Source: a virus
Lineage: Duplodnaviria; Caudoviricetes
Virus record (IMG/VR): IMGVR_UViG_3300036978_000814
Span: 1 to 63,934 of that record
Length of the DNA stretch: 63,934 bases
Strand: one strand, 5' to 3'
Position numbers and translations under genes: made by a program
The notes under the pieces: generated by a model
What the model was told of the DNA's origin: nothing
Databases searched by the model: none
Seen by the model: only the letters and a program-made list of their open reading frames with translations
Shown: piece after piece, positions 52,173 through 62,020 of the stretch
Position numbering within the stretch: the first letter of the stretch is position 1
Layout: each line of letters begins with the position of its first letter

Positions 52173-52358
52173 TTACTTCCCGTCGTCAACCAACGACGGG
52201 AAAGCGAAGTAGAAATCCTCCTCGGTGAGTTCGAGGAGATCGATCAGACGGACGCCGGCAAGGTGTTGCCGGATCATCGACGCGGCGACGGGATCATCTG
52301 CCAGCTCACGGGCCAACCGCATCGATTTCTCCAGAGGAGTCTCAGACGACGGATTCAT
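52173..52358 (-). CDS. hypothetical protein
   Basis: MNPSSETPLEK... overlapping the DUF2815 end. Confidence 0.5.
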   Translation of the reverse strand: MNPSSETPLEKSMRLARELADDPVAASMIRQHLAGVRLIDLLELTEEDFYFAFPSLVDDGK

Positions 52359-52890
52359 CGTCGAGAGGAGCGAACTCCTTGGACACGTCCACCGAGCCCT
52401 CGCCAAACCGTTCGCCGGTTTTGACGAACTGCACGGCGCGGAGCTTCGCGTTGATGCGCTTGCCGTATTGATTGTCCTGCGCCCACAGCTCGATGGTCGC
52501 GTTGACGTAGTCGCCCGCGAGCGGCTTGTCGTCGTCCTCGGTCAGCGGGGAGAGGTCACGAGCAACGACCTGCGGACGCTTGTCCGTGCGGGCGTTCACG
52601 AACATCACGCCGTCGCCGTAGCCGGCGGTGTCGGCCTTCTCGGAACCGTCGCGCACGCAGATCTTCTGCGCGCCCGGCGATTTGCCCTTGAACGCCTCAC
52701 GGATGAGGTTGTCGACGCTGCGCTTCAGCTCGGCGATTTCCTTGGCGTTGGACTTCTTGTCCACGATGAACGTCGCGGAGTAGCTGCCCTTCGCGTCGGT
52801 GGGCGCGAACTTGCGCTCGCGGAACAGGGAGGGGAACGACAGTCGGACGTTCTCCAGTTTGATGATGCTGCGGGTGGTCTGAGTGCTCAT
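52342..52890 (-). CDS. DUF2815 ssDNA-binding protein (T7 gp2.5-like)
   Basis: NVRLSFPSLF, RDG, G.YVNA, L.AVQFVK.GERFG, acidic tail. Confidence 0.9.
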   Translation of the reverse strand: MSTQTTRSIIKLENVRLSFPSLFRERKFAPTDAKGSYSATFIVDKKSNAKEIAELKRSVDNLIREAFKGKSPGAQKICVRDGSEKADTAGYGDGVMFVNARTDKRPQVVARDLSPLTEDDDKPLAGDYVNATIELWAQDNQYGKRINAKLRAVQFVKTGERFGEGSVDVSKEFAPLDDESVV

Positions 52891-54032
52891 TGGATTTTAG
52901 TGAAACCAGTTACTTGGATGGCGGGGCGCTTGTCGTCCTCGGGTGCGAGGGTCGGCTTGCCTTCGGGCCGTGTGATCAGCCCTTGGAGCTTGTTCTCGAA
53001 CTTCGTGGACAACTCGATCCCCTTGAGAGCCTTTTCTGCTTGGGCGGGCGAGATGAGGTCGGCTCGGGGCCTCAGGTCGTCGATGGTCAGGTGGTTGTTC
53101 AGCAGCTTGAGGGCTGCCTCTTCATCCACCCACGTACGGTTGGAACGACCTTCGACCAGCTTGAAGCCCATAGGCTCCGCGCCGGCCATCAGGTCGGAAG
53201 TCTCTTGGGCCATCACAGCGTCCATCCAATCGGTCAGGACGCGCTTGGCCTTTAGCACCTGCACGCGCTGCTCGCGCGTCAGGACGCCCGGGTCGGGCAG
53301 GTCGATGACCCGTGCGGTCGGGGGCAGGGCGGTCAGGCCCTGCGTCGCGAACGCGCTGCAAATGCCCTTGGCGGGGCAAAAGCGGCACGCCTTGTCGCTG
53401 GGCTCAAACTGAGCCTCGCCGTGCAGGGCTTGGTACGCCTTCGCGCCCAGCCGGGTCGTGAACATCGCCAGCTCTCCGCGCGTCAGGGTCCACGTCCGCA
53501 CCGCGGCCGGGTTGTTCCGGTCACGGGGCTGCACGATGGACAGATGCACGGGGAACGTGTCCGCGAACTCCATAATGAGTTCCCATTGGCGGATGATCGA
53601 CTCGGCGTAGATCGCGAGCTGCTCGTTTTCCTCAGCCTCGACCGAGACGCCTTGGCCGTACTTGAGGTCATCGATGTACAGGGCGTTCCCGCTCTGCGTC
53701 GCAGCGTCGACGACGCCGTTGCGCGAGTTGAGGTAGAACAGCGGCACCTTCTTCTCGACCGCCAGACGCGAGCCCGGCGACTGATGAGAGCGGACGTGGT
53801 CGACGTACACCTGAACGTGTTGCAGCATCTCCGCGCTGGTGTCGGGCTGAACGCCCTTCCCGAGCAACAGGTTTGCCGCAACCTCGTGCGCCTGCGTGCC
53901 CTCGTCGGCGAACACCGACGAGTCCTCAGGCAACTCGGCGGCGTGCTCGACGAGGAACTTCACGCTGGCGGTGCAGCGCGACCAACGGCTCGCGGCCGAC
54001 GGGCCTACGTCAACCTGCTCACGCCTGCCCAT
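52887..54032 (-). CDS. DUF2800 PD-(D/E)xK (Cas4-like) nuclease
   Basis: PSAASRW..C, EGT.AH, DLKYGQG..V.AEEN.QL.IYA, CRFCPAK..C. Confidence 0.9.
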   Translation of the reverse strand: MGRREQVDVGPSAASRWSRCTASVKFLVEHAAELPEDSSVFADEGTQAHEVAANLLLGKGVQPDTSAEMLQHVQVYVDHVRSHQSPGSRLAVEKKVPLFYLNSRNGVVDAATQSGNALYIDDLKYGQGVSVEAEENEQLAIYAESIIRQWELIMEFADTFPVHLSIVQPRDRNNPAAVRTWTLTRGELAMFTTRLGAKAYQALHGEAQFEPSDKACRFCPAKGICSAFATQGLTALPPTARVIDLPDPGVLTREQRVQVLKAKRVLTDWMDAVMAQETSDLMAGAEPMGFKLVEGRSNRTWVDEEAALKLLNNHLTIDDLRPRADLISPAQAEKALKGIELSTKFENKLQGLITRPEGKPTLAPEDDKRPAIQVTGFTKIQ

Positions 54033-54444
54033 CGGTGATCTCCTTCAGCGCGGCGTGAATCGCGGAGTACTGGTCGAGCGGCGCGTCGCTGATGCGCTTG
54101 AGGCCGAAACGCTTGTTGAGCGCGACCACGTCGTTGAGCTTGCCGGCGTCGAGCGCGGCCTGCGCTGCGTCGCGGATGTCCTTCAGCGAGACCTCGGCGA
54201 CAGGCGCAGGCGCAGGAGCGGGCTCAGGCGTCGGCTCCGGCGTCGGCTCAGGGGCCGGCGCGGGCTCCTCGGCCTTGGGGGCCTTGGCCTTCTTGGGCTT
54301 GGGCGCTTCCACGGTCGTCGTGGTCGCGGCGGTGCCGCTGGTCACGGTCGTCGTGGTCGACGGCATTTGAGCGCGCAGGGCGTCAATCGCGGTGGTGAGC
54401 TGCGTGACCGCAATCGCGAGTTCGTACAGTTTGGTTTCGAGCAT
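54019..54444 (-). CDS. hypothetical protein with Pro/Ala-rich linker
   Basis: Usual gene upstream of DUF2800; helical ends. Confidence 0.75.
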   Translation of the reverse strand: MLETKLYELAIAVTQLTTAIDALRAQMPSTTTTVTSGTAATTTTVEAPKPKKAKAPKAEEPAPAPEPTPEPTPEPAPAPAPVAEVSLKDIRDAAQAALDAGKLNDVVALNKRFGLKRISDAPLDQYSAIHAALKEITDGQA

Positions 54445-54448
54445 AGGA

Positions 54449-54583
54449 TTATTCGGGGAAATAGATGAACAGGATGGTGAGGCAGAACAGGAACGTGAAC
54501 GAAGCGCAGAGCAGAAGCACCTCGGTGTTGGTCAGTCCCTCGCGGGGGGTCTTGACTCGGTCGTGGTTAGGGTCGGCGGGCAT
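54449..54583 (-). CDS. small membrane protein (44 aa)
   Basis: Hand-translated MPADPNHDRVKTPREGLTNTEVLLLCASFTFLFCLTILFIYFPE. Confidence 0.5.
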   Translation of the reverse strand: MPADPNHDRVKTPREGLTNTEVLLLCASFTFLFCLTILFIYFPE

Positions 54584-54617
54584 AGGGCTGTGGTACAGAT
54601 ATCGTTTTTGTTTAATG

Positions 54618-54725
54618 TCAATACCCGTCGTCGATTTCTTCGTCTCGGCGTCCCGTGAGGTAGCCGAGAGTGAAACCGATCGCGCAGGACGTGAGGATCA
54701 GGATGAGGACGATGATGACGGTCAT
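54618..54725 (-). CDS. small membrane protein (35 aa)
   Basis: Hand-translated MTVIIVLILILTSCAIGFTLGYLTGRRDEEIDDGY; ATGA overlap with the primase stop. Confidence 0.55.
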   Translation of the reverse strand: MTVIIVLILILTSCAIGFTLGYLTGRRDEEIDDGY

Positions 54726-57154
54726 AGGAGTTCGATGCGGGTGCGGGCTTGGTCGAGTGCGCGCTCAGGATTGCCGCGGGTCCAAAGCGTGTGGCGGTTG
54801 CCGTCGATGATGTGCCGGCCGGCCGGCAACCAGCTCTCCTGACGCAGGATCGAGGACAGGGCCTGATCGGTGAACGGAGGCAGGCCCTCGCGCGGCAGGA
54901 CGCCGCGGAGCGCGGTGAGGCTGACGAGGTCAGGACGCACCAGCGGGTGCGGCGCGTCCTCGATGGCGTCGATCACGGCACGCTGGAGCGGGCTCGCGGT
55001 CAGCGCCATCATCTCGGTCAGGTACTCGGTTTGCGGCGCGCGTCCGTCAGGGCGGAAGCTGGGCGATATCTTCCAGTCCTCGAAGAACGCGCGGAAGCCT
55101 CCGGCGAGGTCCGGCAATTTGCCATAAAGGTTGTCGAAGTAACCGGCGCCCAGCGCGGCGATTTGCTCGCGCGTTTGCAGCGGCGAGCAGATGCACAGGT
55201 ACCTGCGTTCGCCGACCTGCACGGCGAGAGCGTCGTGCCAGTTCGAGAACAGCAGATAATTCGTGGTGTTGGGCACGGTCTGCACGGGCTCGTACAGGTT
55301 GCGGACGCTGATGCGGTCGTCGGAGATGAGCGGCTTCAGACGGTCGGCCATCTTATAACGGTTATTCCCAAACATCCGCAGCTCGTTGATCACGGTCAGG
55401 AGCTGGCCCGCGGCCCATCCGTTGTGCGTCGCCTCCAGCGCGTACTCGGCCGAGAGGATTTGCACGTTCGACAGTCCGTAGACCCACTCCCCGACGCTGC
55501 CCACGTAGTTTTTGCCCGCGCCCTGACCACCGTGGAGGAAGATGCCCCAACGGATTTTGATGCCCGGGAATTGCGCCATATGAGCGAAAAAATCGGTCAC
55601 GTTGATGGCGTACTTCCCGGCCAGATGGCCGAGGTGAGTCAGCCACATATCCTGCGCCTCCTGCTTCTTGCTGCGGTCAGCCTTCGCGAAGCTGGGGCGG
55701 TACGTGTTGATGTACGGCACGCCGTCGAGCGTGAAGACGCGCTTCTTCTCGCCGGGGGAGTAACGGAGATTTTCGACGACGGGGATGCCCACATCGTGAA
55801 CGAGGTAGTCGCACGTCGAGACCTCCTGCACCGGAGAGCGGTACACGAGATCGACGACCTCGCGCTTCAATTTGCGTCCGTCGATGGGCCTATAAAACAG
55901 ATTGGGCCCAGTAAGGAACACGATGTTACCAGCCCAAGGCGGTTGATTGGACGCGCTGCGGGTCGCAGCGACGGAGAGCCTTTTGACTTCCTTCGCGATG
56001 TCCTGCTGCGTCGGGCCGCGGAGCCCGCGCGAGCGCACGGTCGCGTGCAGGTCGGCGATCAGAACCTTGGACTCGATGGGCCCGATCACGCTGGCCAGTT
56101 TCGCCAGACGCTTCGCGCCTTGGTCGAGCAGTTCCTCGGATGAACGGGCATCGTCGCGAATCCACGCGCGAGCCTGATCGAACATCCGCGTCGCCATCGG
56201 TCGGTTGTTCCAGCCGGCCTCGACGGCGCCGGCGATCACGGTGCGGACCGTGACCGGCACGCGGTCGGCGGGCTGGGCTTTGAACGATTCCCAGCGGCTC
56301 GCCAGCTCGTCCATCCCGGGATATTTCTCGGGCGCGGTCGCGGACCAGTCATCCCAAAGGGTAAAACCGGATTCACCGAATTGATGTTTGAGCGCCATCC
56401 CGACCTCGATCCAGTCCTGCATCGAGCAGGCTGCGGGCAGGTGCGTCAGGGCCTCGGCGATCTCCTCGCGCGTGATGCCCTCGACGGGCGCGCGCAAATA
56501 AATCAGGTCGCCGACATCGGCGTCGTCCGCGGAAACCGGTTTACGCAATTCCTCCAACCCGTCGAGGGTCGAGGGGTCGAACGTCTCGCCGTCCGTTTTG
56601 GTGTACACGATCGGGTCGCGGTCGTCGTTCTGGTACGCGATTGGCAGGTACATCGGCTGCACCGGCACCTGCGATTCGCGCGTGACCGTGTTGAGGCCCA
56701 GCACGCCCGCGATCGCGGTCACGGCGGTGCCGTAGCGTTGCACCGGCACGGGCTGGCACGGCACCACAACGCGCAGGCGAGGCTTCGCCTCGGTCGAGCG
56801 AGCGGTGTGCCAGATCGCGGCGTTTAGATTGCCCAGCACGGTCGCGGGGCCTGCGTTTAGGAGGCGCGCGGCCTCCTGCGAATCGTCGATGTCGACGCAG
56901 AGCAGATGGGCCTCGGTCGCCTGCGAGGTCACGCGCTGGCTGGGCGATTCGCGGAACGAGCAGGGCACGATGTACCGCGTGCGCTTCGCGGCGTTCTGCT
57001 CTTTCTCAGGCAACGCGAGGAGCTGCTCGCGGGTCATCGCGACGGGGGCGGGCTGGCGGATAACGTCGGCGACCAGTTGGTCGAACGTGGAAACAGGGAG
57101 ACGCGAGACGCGGCCCAGATGGGCGGCCTCGCCTGCAAAGTAGGCGGGAGTCAT
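54722..57154 (-). CDS. primase-helicase (AEP-like N-terminus, PriCT-2, DUF5906 NTPase)
   Basis: VDIDD, PRLRVVVP, WIEVGMALKH...WDDWS (PriCT-2), GGQGAGKN Walker A, ERRY. Confidence 0.85.
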   Translation of the reverse strand: MTPAYFAGEAAHLGRVSRLPVSTFDQLVADVIRQPAPVAMTREQLLALPEKEQNAAKRTRYIVPCSFRESPSQRVTSQATEAHLLCVDIDDSQEAARLLNAGPATVLGNLNAAIWHTARSTEAKPRLRVVVPCQPVPVQRYGTAVTAIAGVLGLNTVTRESQVPVQPMYLPIAYQNDDRDPIVYTKTDGETFDPSTLDGLEELRKPVSADDADVGDLIYLRAPVEGITREEIAEALTHLPAACSMQDWIEVGMALKHQFGESGFTLWDDWSATAPEKYPGMDELASRWESFKAQPADRVPVTVRTVIAGAVEAGWNNRPMATRMFDQARAWIRDDARSSEELLDQGAKRLAKLASVIGPIESKVLIADLHATVRSRGLRGPTQQDIAKEVKRLSVAATRSASNQPPWAGNIVFLTGPNLFYRPIDGRKLKREVVDLVYRSPVQEVSTCDYLVHDVGIPVVENLRYSPGEKKRVFTLDGVPYINTYRPSFAKADRSKKQEAQDMWLTHLGHLAGKYAINVTDFFAHMAQFPGIKIRWGIFLHGGQGAGKNYVGSVGEWVYGLSNVQILSAEYALEATHNGWAAGQLLTVINELRMFGNNRYKMADRLKPLISDDRISVRNLYEPVQTVPNTTNYLLFSNWHDALAVQVGERRYLCICSPLQTREQIAALGAGYFDNLYGKLPDLAGGFRAFFEDWKISPSFRPDGRAPQTEYLTEMMALTASPLQRAVIDAIEDAPHPLVRPDLVSLTALRGVLPREGLPPFTDQALSSILRQESWLPAGRHIIDGNRHTLWTRGNPERALDQARTRIELL

Positions 57155-57289
57155 TGTCGGAATATACGGGGGGCGGGATGGCTGGACAAGCCGGGTGCGG
57201 GACGCGCGGCAAGGGAAAAACGCCGCGGCCCACAACGGACCGCGGCGGATGCAAACAAAGGCGAACAGATGCGAACAGGCGCGGACACC

Positions 57290-57892
57290 TCACTCCAATT
57301 TGATGCCGTTCGCGCGAGCGGCTTCGAGCACGGCGGCGATCGCGCGGAGGCGCTGATGAGCGTCCTTCACGGTGTGCGACCTGTCCTCTTCGTACCGCCA
57401 ACTCCAGCGAAAGGACCGGTAATTAAAACCGACCGACTCGATCTCGCCGGTCTCGTGACTCGTCGCGAATGAGCAGAGCTGCCCGATCTGCGGCACCGTG
57501 TGCGCGAGGTCGGGGCCGACGATCTCGGCGACCTGAGCGCGGCGTTGCGCCTCGGCCGCGACCCGCTCCTCCGCCGCGGTGCGCGCGGGCTTGGTTGCGA
57601 AGATCGTTTTTTGAAACCACTTGGAAACGGTCTGCTTCCACCGGGGCCTCTTGATGTCCACGAGGCAGGGGAAGATGCTCGGCGCGCCGACGTACACGCG
57701 GTCCAAGCCGGACCGCACGCTGGCGTCGAAACCGAGGCGGAAATAATCCGCATTGTACGACCGCGCGCGGGGCGCGACGAAAATCCCGGGATGATCGGGA
57801 TGGTACGTCGGATCACCGTCGGGATTCGTCAGGTGATTCAGAGGGAAACCAAGGCTGGCAAGGTAGCTGAGTGCGGGTTGTGGGATGGTCAT
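57290..57892 (-). CDS. hypothetical protein
   Basis: 200-aa ORF in the early operon with ATGA overlap. Confidence 0.65.
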   Translation of the reverse strand: MTIPQPALSYLASLGFPLNHLTNPDGDPTYHPDHPGIFVAPRARSYNADYFRLGFDASVRSGLDRVYVGAPSIFPCLVDIKRPRWKQTVSKWFQKTIFATKPARTAAEERVAAEAQRRAQVAEIVGPDLAHTVPQIGQLCSFATSHETGEIESVGFNYRSFRWSWRYEEDRSHTVKDAHQRLRAIAAVLEAARANGIKLE

Positions 57893-58122
57893 TGTGGTAT
57901 ACGGATTGTACGGTTGCGGAGGTAGGAGCGGGCGTCGGCGAGTTGCCGGTGCGCCCAGCGGTGTTCCGTCGGGTAGGAGTATTGACGGGAGAGTATCCAG
58001 CGGGCCCGCAGGACGCGGCGGGCGAGTGCGGTGACGTACGGCTCGACCTCGATGCCGGTCGACGTGGAGTCGAGCCGCAGCGGGGCCTCGTCGTCGTCGA
58101 ACGGGTCGAGGTCGGGGTGCAT
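57889..58122 (-). CDS. hypothetical protein
   Basis: MHPDLDPFDD..., TGATG coupling with the upstream gene. Confidence 0.6.
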   Translation of the reverse strand: MHPDLDPFDDDEAPLRLDSTSTGIEVEPYVTALARRVLRARWILSRQYSYPTEHRWAHRQLADARSYLRNRTIRIPQ

Positions 58123-58340
58123 CAGAATGCGGGTTCTAGGGCGGCGGCGCGGTCGCTCACGCGGACGACGCCGTGGTGCGGCGTGAAGCGGTAGTGCGTG
58201 CGACCGTCGAGGGATTCGAGGGCGTACTCGTCGGGCCGGTAGTTGCCGGGCGTCGCGATGGAGGCGAGGACGCGCAGGCGGAGAAAGCCGACGCGGACGG
58301 TGGAGCCGGGGCTCCAGTTCTGGCGGGTGCGGGTGATCAT
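58122..58340 (-). CDS. hypothetical protein
   Basis: Q.W.PG..VRVGFL.LRV....TPG...PD.Y.L.....Y.F.PH.G pattern familiar from phage early genes. Confidence 0.7.
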   Translation of the reverse strand: MITRTRQNWSPGSTVRVGFLRLRVLASIATPGNYRPDEYALESLDGRTHYRFTPHHGVVRVSDRAAALEPAF

Positions 58341-58372
58341 AGGTGGATTGTGTTTTCAGCAAGGGCTGACTG

Positions 58373-58403
58373 CTGCCCCCGCCGCGCTGGGCGGCAGGGG
58401 CAG
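58373..58403 (-). terminator. GC-rich intergenic hairpin (terminator or processing site)
   Basis: CTGCCCC/GGGGCAG plus GCCGC/GCGGC stems right after the vWA gene stop; no clear U tract. Confidence 0.4.
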
Positions 58404-58407
58404 GGTG

Positions 58408-59718
58408 TCAAACCTCGTCGATCCGGACGGTGCGTCCGGACGGTGCGGTCAGGTCGGTCGTCGCGGCCCAGAGCACCGGCAGGTCCGGCGCGTTGTCCGG
58501 GTGCCGGCCCAGCAGGTCGGTCAGGTAAACCACGCCGGCGATGCGCTCGCCGTCGGCGATCAGCTCCTCGACCCGCGCGAACGCGGGGCGAAAATCCGTA
58601 CCGCCGCCGCCCTCAGCGCGAGCGGGTAGCTCGTCGCCGGGGCTCAGGCGGTACTCGGCCTGCACCGCGGCGTCAGCGTCGAGGACGATCGCGCTGCAAC
58701 CGGTGTCGGCGATGACGTTCGCGACGTGAGCGTTGAACGCGGCGACCTGCTGCGATCCGATCGAGCCGGACGTGTCGCGGACGAACACCACGGCGCCGAG
58801 GTCATCGCGCCGGCGGCGCGGGTAGATCACCGGGGCCGTCGCGGTGCGTCGAGCTTGGCGGGACCAGTCCGGCACGCTGCTGATCGACGCGCGGACGAAA
58901 TCCGCGGTCTCAGCGCGCCAGTCGGGCCGCGCCTTGGCGGCGATGCGGTCCAGCAAACGCTTCGCGGCGGCCGGCAGGTTCCCCTGCGCGAGCGCCTGAG
59001 CGGCCTGCGCGGCCTGCGTCACGTTGCGGTCCCACTCGTCGCGGAGCGTTTCAGCGGGCTTGCCGTCGCCCGCGGCCGGCTTGTCGTCGGCCGGCTGCTC
59101 GAAACCGCCGCAACCACCCTTGTCAGAGGGCTTGCCGGGGGCCTTCCCGTTGGATTTGCCGGGCTTTCCGTCGCCGGGGGTATCCTGAGCCTCACCCTCG
59201 TCGCCCTCGCCCTGCTGCGGGGCACCGTTGTCGTCGCCCTCGCCCTGCTGCGGAGCGGGGTTGCCGCCCTGCTGGGGCTGAGGCTGCTGCCGCAGGGCCT
59301 TGAGGATTTCTTCCTCGGAAAGGGCGTCGAACTTGCGGTCATCGAGCGCACCCTCAGGCGCCTCGATGCCCGGCAGGTTGCGAAGCACGCGGTTGATCGC
59401 GTAGTCGCCAGCGACGTTGCCCTCGTCGGTCAGGGGCAACCGCCAGAAATGCCCGTGCGCGCAATGCAGCACCTCGTGCAGCAAAACGAACCGGAGCCGG
59501 CAGTCGCCGCGCACCGGGCCGTTGGCGTAGAGGCCGCGGACGAAATCCGGGCCCCACTTGATGACTCGGCCGTTGGTCGACGCGGTCGGCGTCGACTCGT
59601 CGACCACGTCGGTCAGCGCGCAGGCGGCGGCGCCGTAGAACACCACGTCGCGGTTGGTGGATTCGAGCGCCCAGAGGCGAGCTTTCGTAATCGCTTTGAG
59701 GATATCGGTGGAGGTCAT
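58408..59718 (-). CDS. DUF2201-type metallopeptidase + vWA domain protein
   Basis: TASTNG, HEVLH, N.AGDYAIN; MIDAS DTSGS, GGGGTDFRP, YLTD. Confidence 0.88.
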   Translation of the reverse strand: MTSTDILKAITKARLWALESTNRDVVFYGAAACALTDVVDESTPTASTNGRVIKWGPDFVRGLYANGPVRGDCRLRFVLLHEVLHCAHGHFWRLPLTDEGNVAGDYAINRVLRNLPGIEAPEGALDDRKFDALSEEEILKALRQQPQPQQGGNPAPQQGEGDDNGAPQQGEGDEGEAQDTPGDGKPGKSNGKAPGKPSDKGGCGGFEQPADDKPAAGDGKPAETLRDEWDRNVTQAAQAAQALAQGNLPAAAKRLLDRIAAKARPDWRAETADFVRASISSVPDWSRQARRTATAPVIYPRRRRDDLGAVVFVRDTSGSIGSQQVAAFNAHVANVIADTGCSAIVLDADAAVQAEYRLSPGDELPARAEGGGGTDFRPAFARVEELIADGERIAGVVYLTDLLGRHPDNAPDLPVLWAATTDLTAPSGRTVRIDEV

Positions 59719-59720
59719 TG

Positions 59721-60533
59721 TCAGGAGGAGGGGGTGAGGTTGAAGAGGCTAACGAGCTCCGCCGCTTTCGCGGCAGTATCGGCGCGGGCGATCGGGTCGT
59801 CGCGCAGGGTGTCAGTATCGTGTTCGAGGAGCGCCTTGGCGCCGTCGGCCAACGCGGCGATCTGCGGGTCAGCCGAGAGGTTGAGGTCGGGCACCAGAGC
59901 GAGCAGCTCGGCGAGGTTGCCGGTCAGCGAGGCGAACGTGCGGCCCGGCTTGCTTAGGCGATCGGCGACCAGCGTGACCGCTTTCGCGAGCTGCTCGCGC
60001 AGGTCGGCCTGAGCCTCGGCGGCAGCGTCAGCCATCCACTCGCTCCATTGTCCCTCGGTCGGGACCGGCAGGTAACGGTAGCTGAAACGGAATTTCGCCT
60101 CGACCTCGGCCGCCGTCGCGGGCCATTGGCCCTCGACGAATAGACCGTTGAGGCGAGCCGGCGCCGCGGCGCGCTCGGCGGGGTACGCGGCGACGAACTC
60201 GTGCAAGGCCTGAGCGACGCGGGTCGCATAGTCGGCCATCAGCTTCGCGTGCTCGACCTGCCGGGCGACCGGCAGCAGACGCGCGCCGTTGTCGTTGGAC
60301 GGCAGCGTGAGCCGGTAGTGCTCGCTGCGGGCCTCGGCGTGGAGCCGGTAGATTTCCAGCAGGGCCGCGTGGTCGCAGATTTCGACGCTCACCTTGGCGC
60401 GGTCCTGCGTGCCGTGCTTTTGGTTCACGGCCTGAGTCTCGGCCTTGTGCTTTTTGGCGACGCGCCAAGCGCCGGTGTTGAACTGGCAGATCACGGCGCG
60501 AGCCGCGAGGGGGGAGGAGTTGATGGAGGTCAT
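59721..60533 (-). CDS. helical protein between AAA and vWA genes (DUF3150-like)
   Basis: TLP..D.G.RLLP, F...YP, KF.F.....PVP, LN...DP motifs; gene context. Confidence 0.6.
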   Translation of the reverse strand: MTSINSSPLAARAVICQFNTGAWRVAKKHKAETQAVNQKHGTQDRAKVSVEICDHAALLEIYRLHAEARSEHYRLTLPSNDNGARLLPVARQVEHAKLMADYATRVAQALHEFVAAYPAERAAAPARLNGLFVEGQWPATAAEVEAKFRFSYRYLPVPTEGQWSEWMADAAAEAQADLREQLAKAVTLVADRLSKPGRTFASLTGNLAELLALVPDLNLSADPQIAALADGAKALLEHDTDTLRDDPIARADTAAKAAELVSLFNLTPSS

Positions 60534-60559
60534 AATCGGATGGGTGTTGGTTGGGTTGA

Positions 60560-61618
60560 TCAGGCGAACAGGGCGTTGTTGGCGGCGAACCAGAGGTTCC
60601 ACTCGCTCGACCGAGCGAGGAAGGTCTCGTTGTGACGGCGGTGCAGGTCACGCGCAGCCAGCGCGGTATAGGTGCGCGGCAGGCGGTCGACGTAGCGGAG
60701 GAACGCCGCGACTTGCGCCGGCTTGGTGATGGCCTGCGGCAAAGCGGCGCTGATGAAGTAGCACGCGGAGGGCGAGGCAGGCACCGGAGCGTTGTCCGGG
60801 TCAGCCAGCACCGCGGAGGGCAGCGGCAGCTCGGCGGCCAGCGCGGCGAACGCGGCGAACTTTACGGCGATCTCGCGGCCGATCGCCGCGGTCAGCGTGT
60901 CGGTGTCGCGCAGGCCAGCGGCGCAGAGCTCGCTCACGGTTTGCCAGCTCCGGTAATCGGCGAACCGCAGCGCCGCGTTGGCGTTGGGCTTCCAGTTGTA
61001 CAGGGTGCTGCCGGACGTGCTGCGGTGCCAGCCGATGACGAGCGGGTCGAAGCCGGAGTCAGCGGCGTAGTTGCACCAGCCATCGACCTCCTCGCTCCAC
61101 GGAGCAAGGCGGGCAACGGTCTGATCGCGATCGTCGTCGTCGCTGGTCGAGATCGCGAAGGTCACGTCAAACCGGCTGCGGAGCTGCTCGGAGAGCGAAG
61201 CGACGCCAGCGCGGTCTTGCGGGCGGTTCGTTGCAGCGACGATGATCACCGGGCTGTTCTCGCGCTTCAGCTTGTCGGCGATCGAGCAGAGGCCGCCCTG
61301 CACGTCGAGCGGCGCGCGGCCGATCTCATCCCAAAACCAGATTGCCGGCTCGCGGCACTCGACCACGTCCTTCAGCGCCTGCAACGGGAGCAGGCGGCTC
61401 ACGCCGGCGGCGGTGTCGGGGACGACCGCACCAGCGGCGTCGAGTCGGTCCATCAGGTCGCAGGTCCGACCGTCGACACCATAAAAAAAGCGCCAGCCGA
61501 GGAGCTGAGCGACCTGAAGGAAACGGGAGGTTTTCGCCGTGCCCGGGGGGCCGACCAGAAGGACGCGTTTGCGGGCGTTAATCAGGGCGGCGAGGCGGCG
61601 GATGCTATGGGATTTCAT
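60560..61618 (-). CDS. MoxR-like AAA+ ATPase
   Basis: GPPGTAKT, FWDEIGR, AATNR, LRSRF, RSW. Confidence 0.88.
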   Translation of the reverse strand: MKSHSIRRLAALINARKRVLLVGPPGTAKTSRFLQVAQLLGWRFFYGVDGRTCDLMDRLDAAGAVVPDTAAGVSRLLPLQALKDVVECREPAIWFWDEIGRAPLDVQGGLCSIADKLKRENSPVIIVAATNRPQDRAGVASLSEQLRSRFDVTFAISTSDDDDRDQTVARLAPWSEEVDGWCNYAADSGFDPLVIGWHRSTSGSTLYNWKPNANAALRFADYRSWQTVSELCAAGLRDTDTLTAAIGREIAVKFAAFAALAAELPLPSAVLADPDNAPVPASPSACYFISAALPQAITKPAQVAAFLRYVDRLPRTYTALAARDLHRRHNETFLARSSEWNLWFAANNALFA

Positions 61619-61644
61619 ACGACTAGGTTGTTGTTGGTTGTCTG

Positions 61645-62020
61645 AGCTAAATTCAGCTGCCAGCGGGGTGCTGGAGGCTGAAGCAAGCCCAGAGGGGGTG
61701 TTGCTGCGTCGTCTTCGTTGCTGATGGGGCTCATCAGCACCTTGCGACGCTTGTCGGCTGTAGCTCCCGGGGGGATTGTGACCACAACCAGCCAGCGTTT
61801 AGTGCACCCCGCAGGGTAGCCGGCCTGCCTTGTCCCATTGCTGGGGGAGTCGGTGACGAGTCGAGCGGTGAGGCGCGACCTTGCCCGTGAGCTGCCATCC
61901 ATTCCACCCTCGACCCCAGTTGCTGGGCGTGTTCGGGCTTTCGGCTCGGGGTCAGGTGTTGAGGGGGAGGGCCTCGCGGCGTTGCCGCTGTCGCCCTGCT
62001 ACCGTCCCAACCGCTGACGG
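61645..62020 (-). ncRNA. candidate large structured RNA / leader of the early operon
   Basis: Non-coding, many nested stems, GNRA loops on the minus strand; strand not fully resolved. Confidence 0.45.

Noticed and set aside
52887-54032. Cas4-like gene as evidence of a CRISPR system
   Set aside because: No repeat-spacer array or other cas genes; DUF2800-DUF2815-PolA-VRR-NUC-SNF2 is a standard phage replication module
54590-54621. Internal promoter with perfect TTGACA on the minus strand
   Set aside because: No acceptable -10 hexamer at 16-18 bp spacing; left uncalled
61705-61750. Hammerhead ribozyme (CUGAUGAG on the minus strand)
   Set aside because: CUGAUG is itself one arm of a perfect hairpin, and the required GAAA and stem II/III arrangement is missing (GAAG instead)
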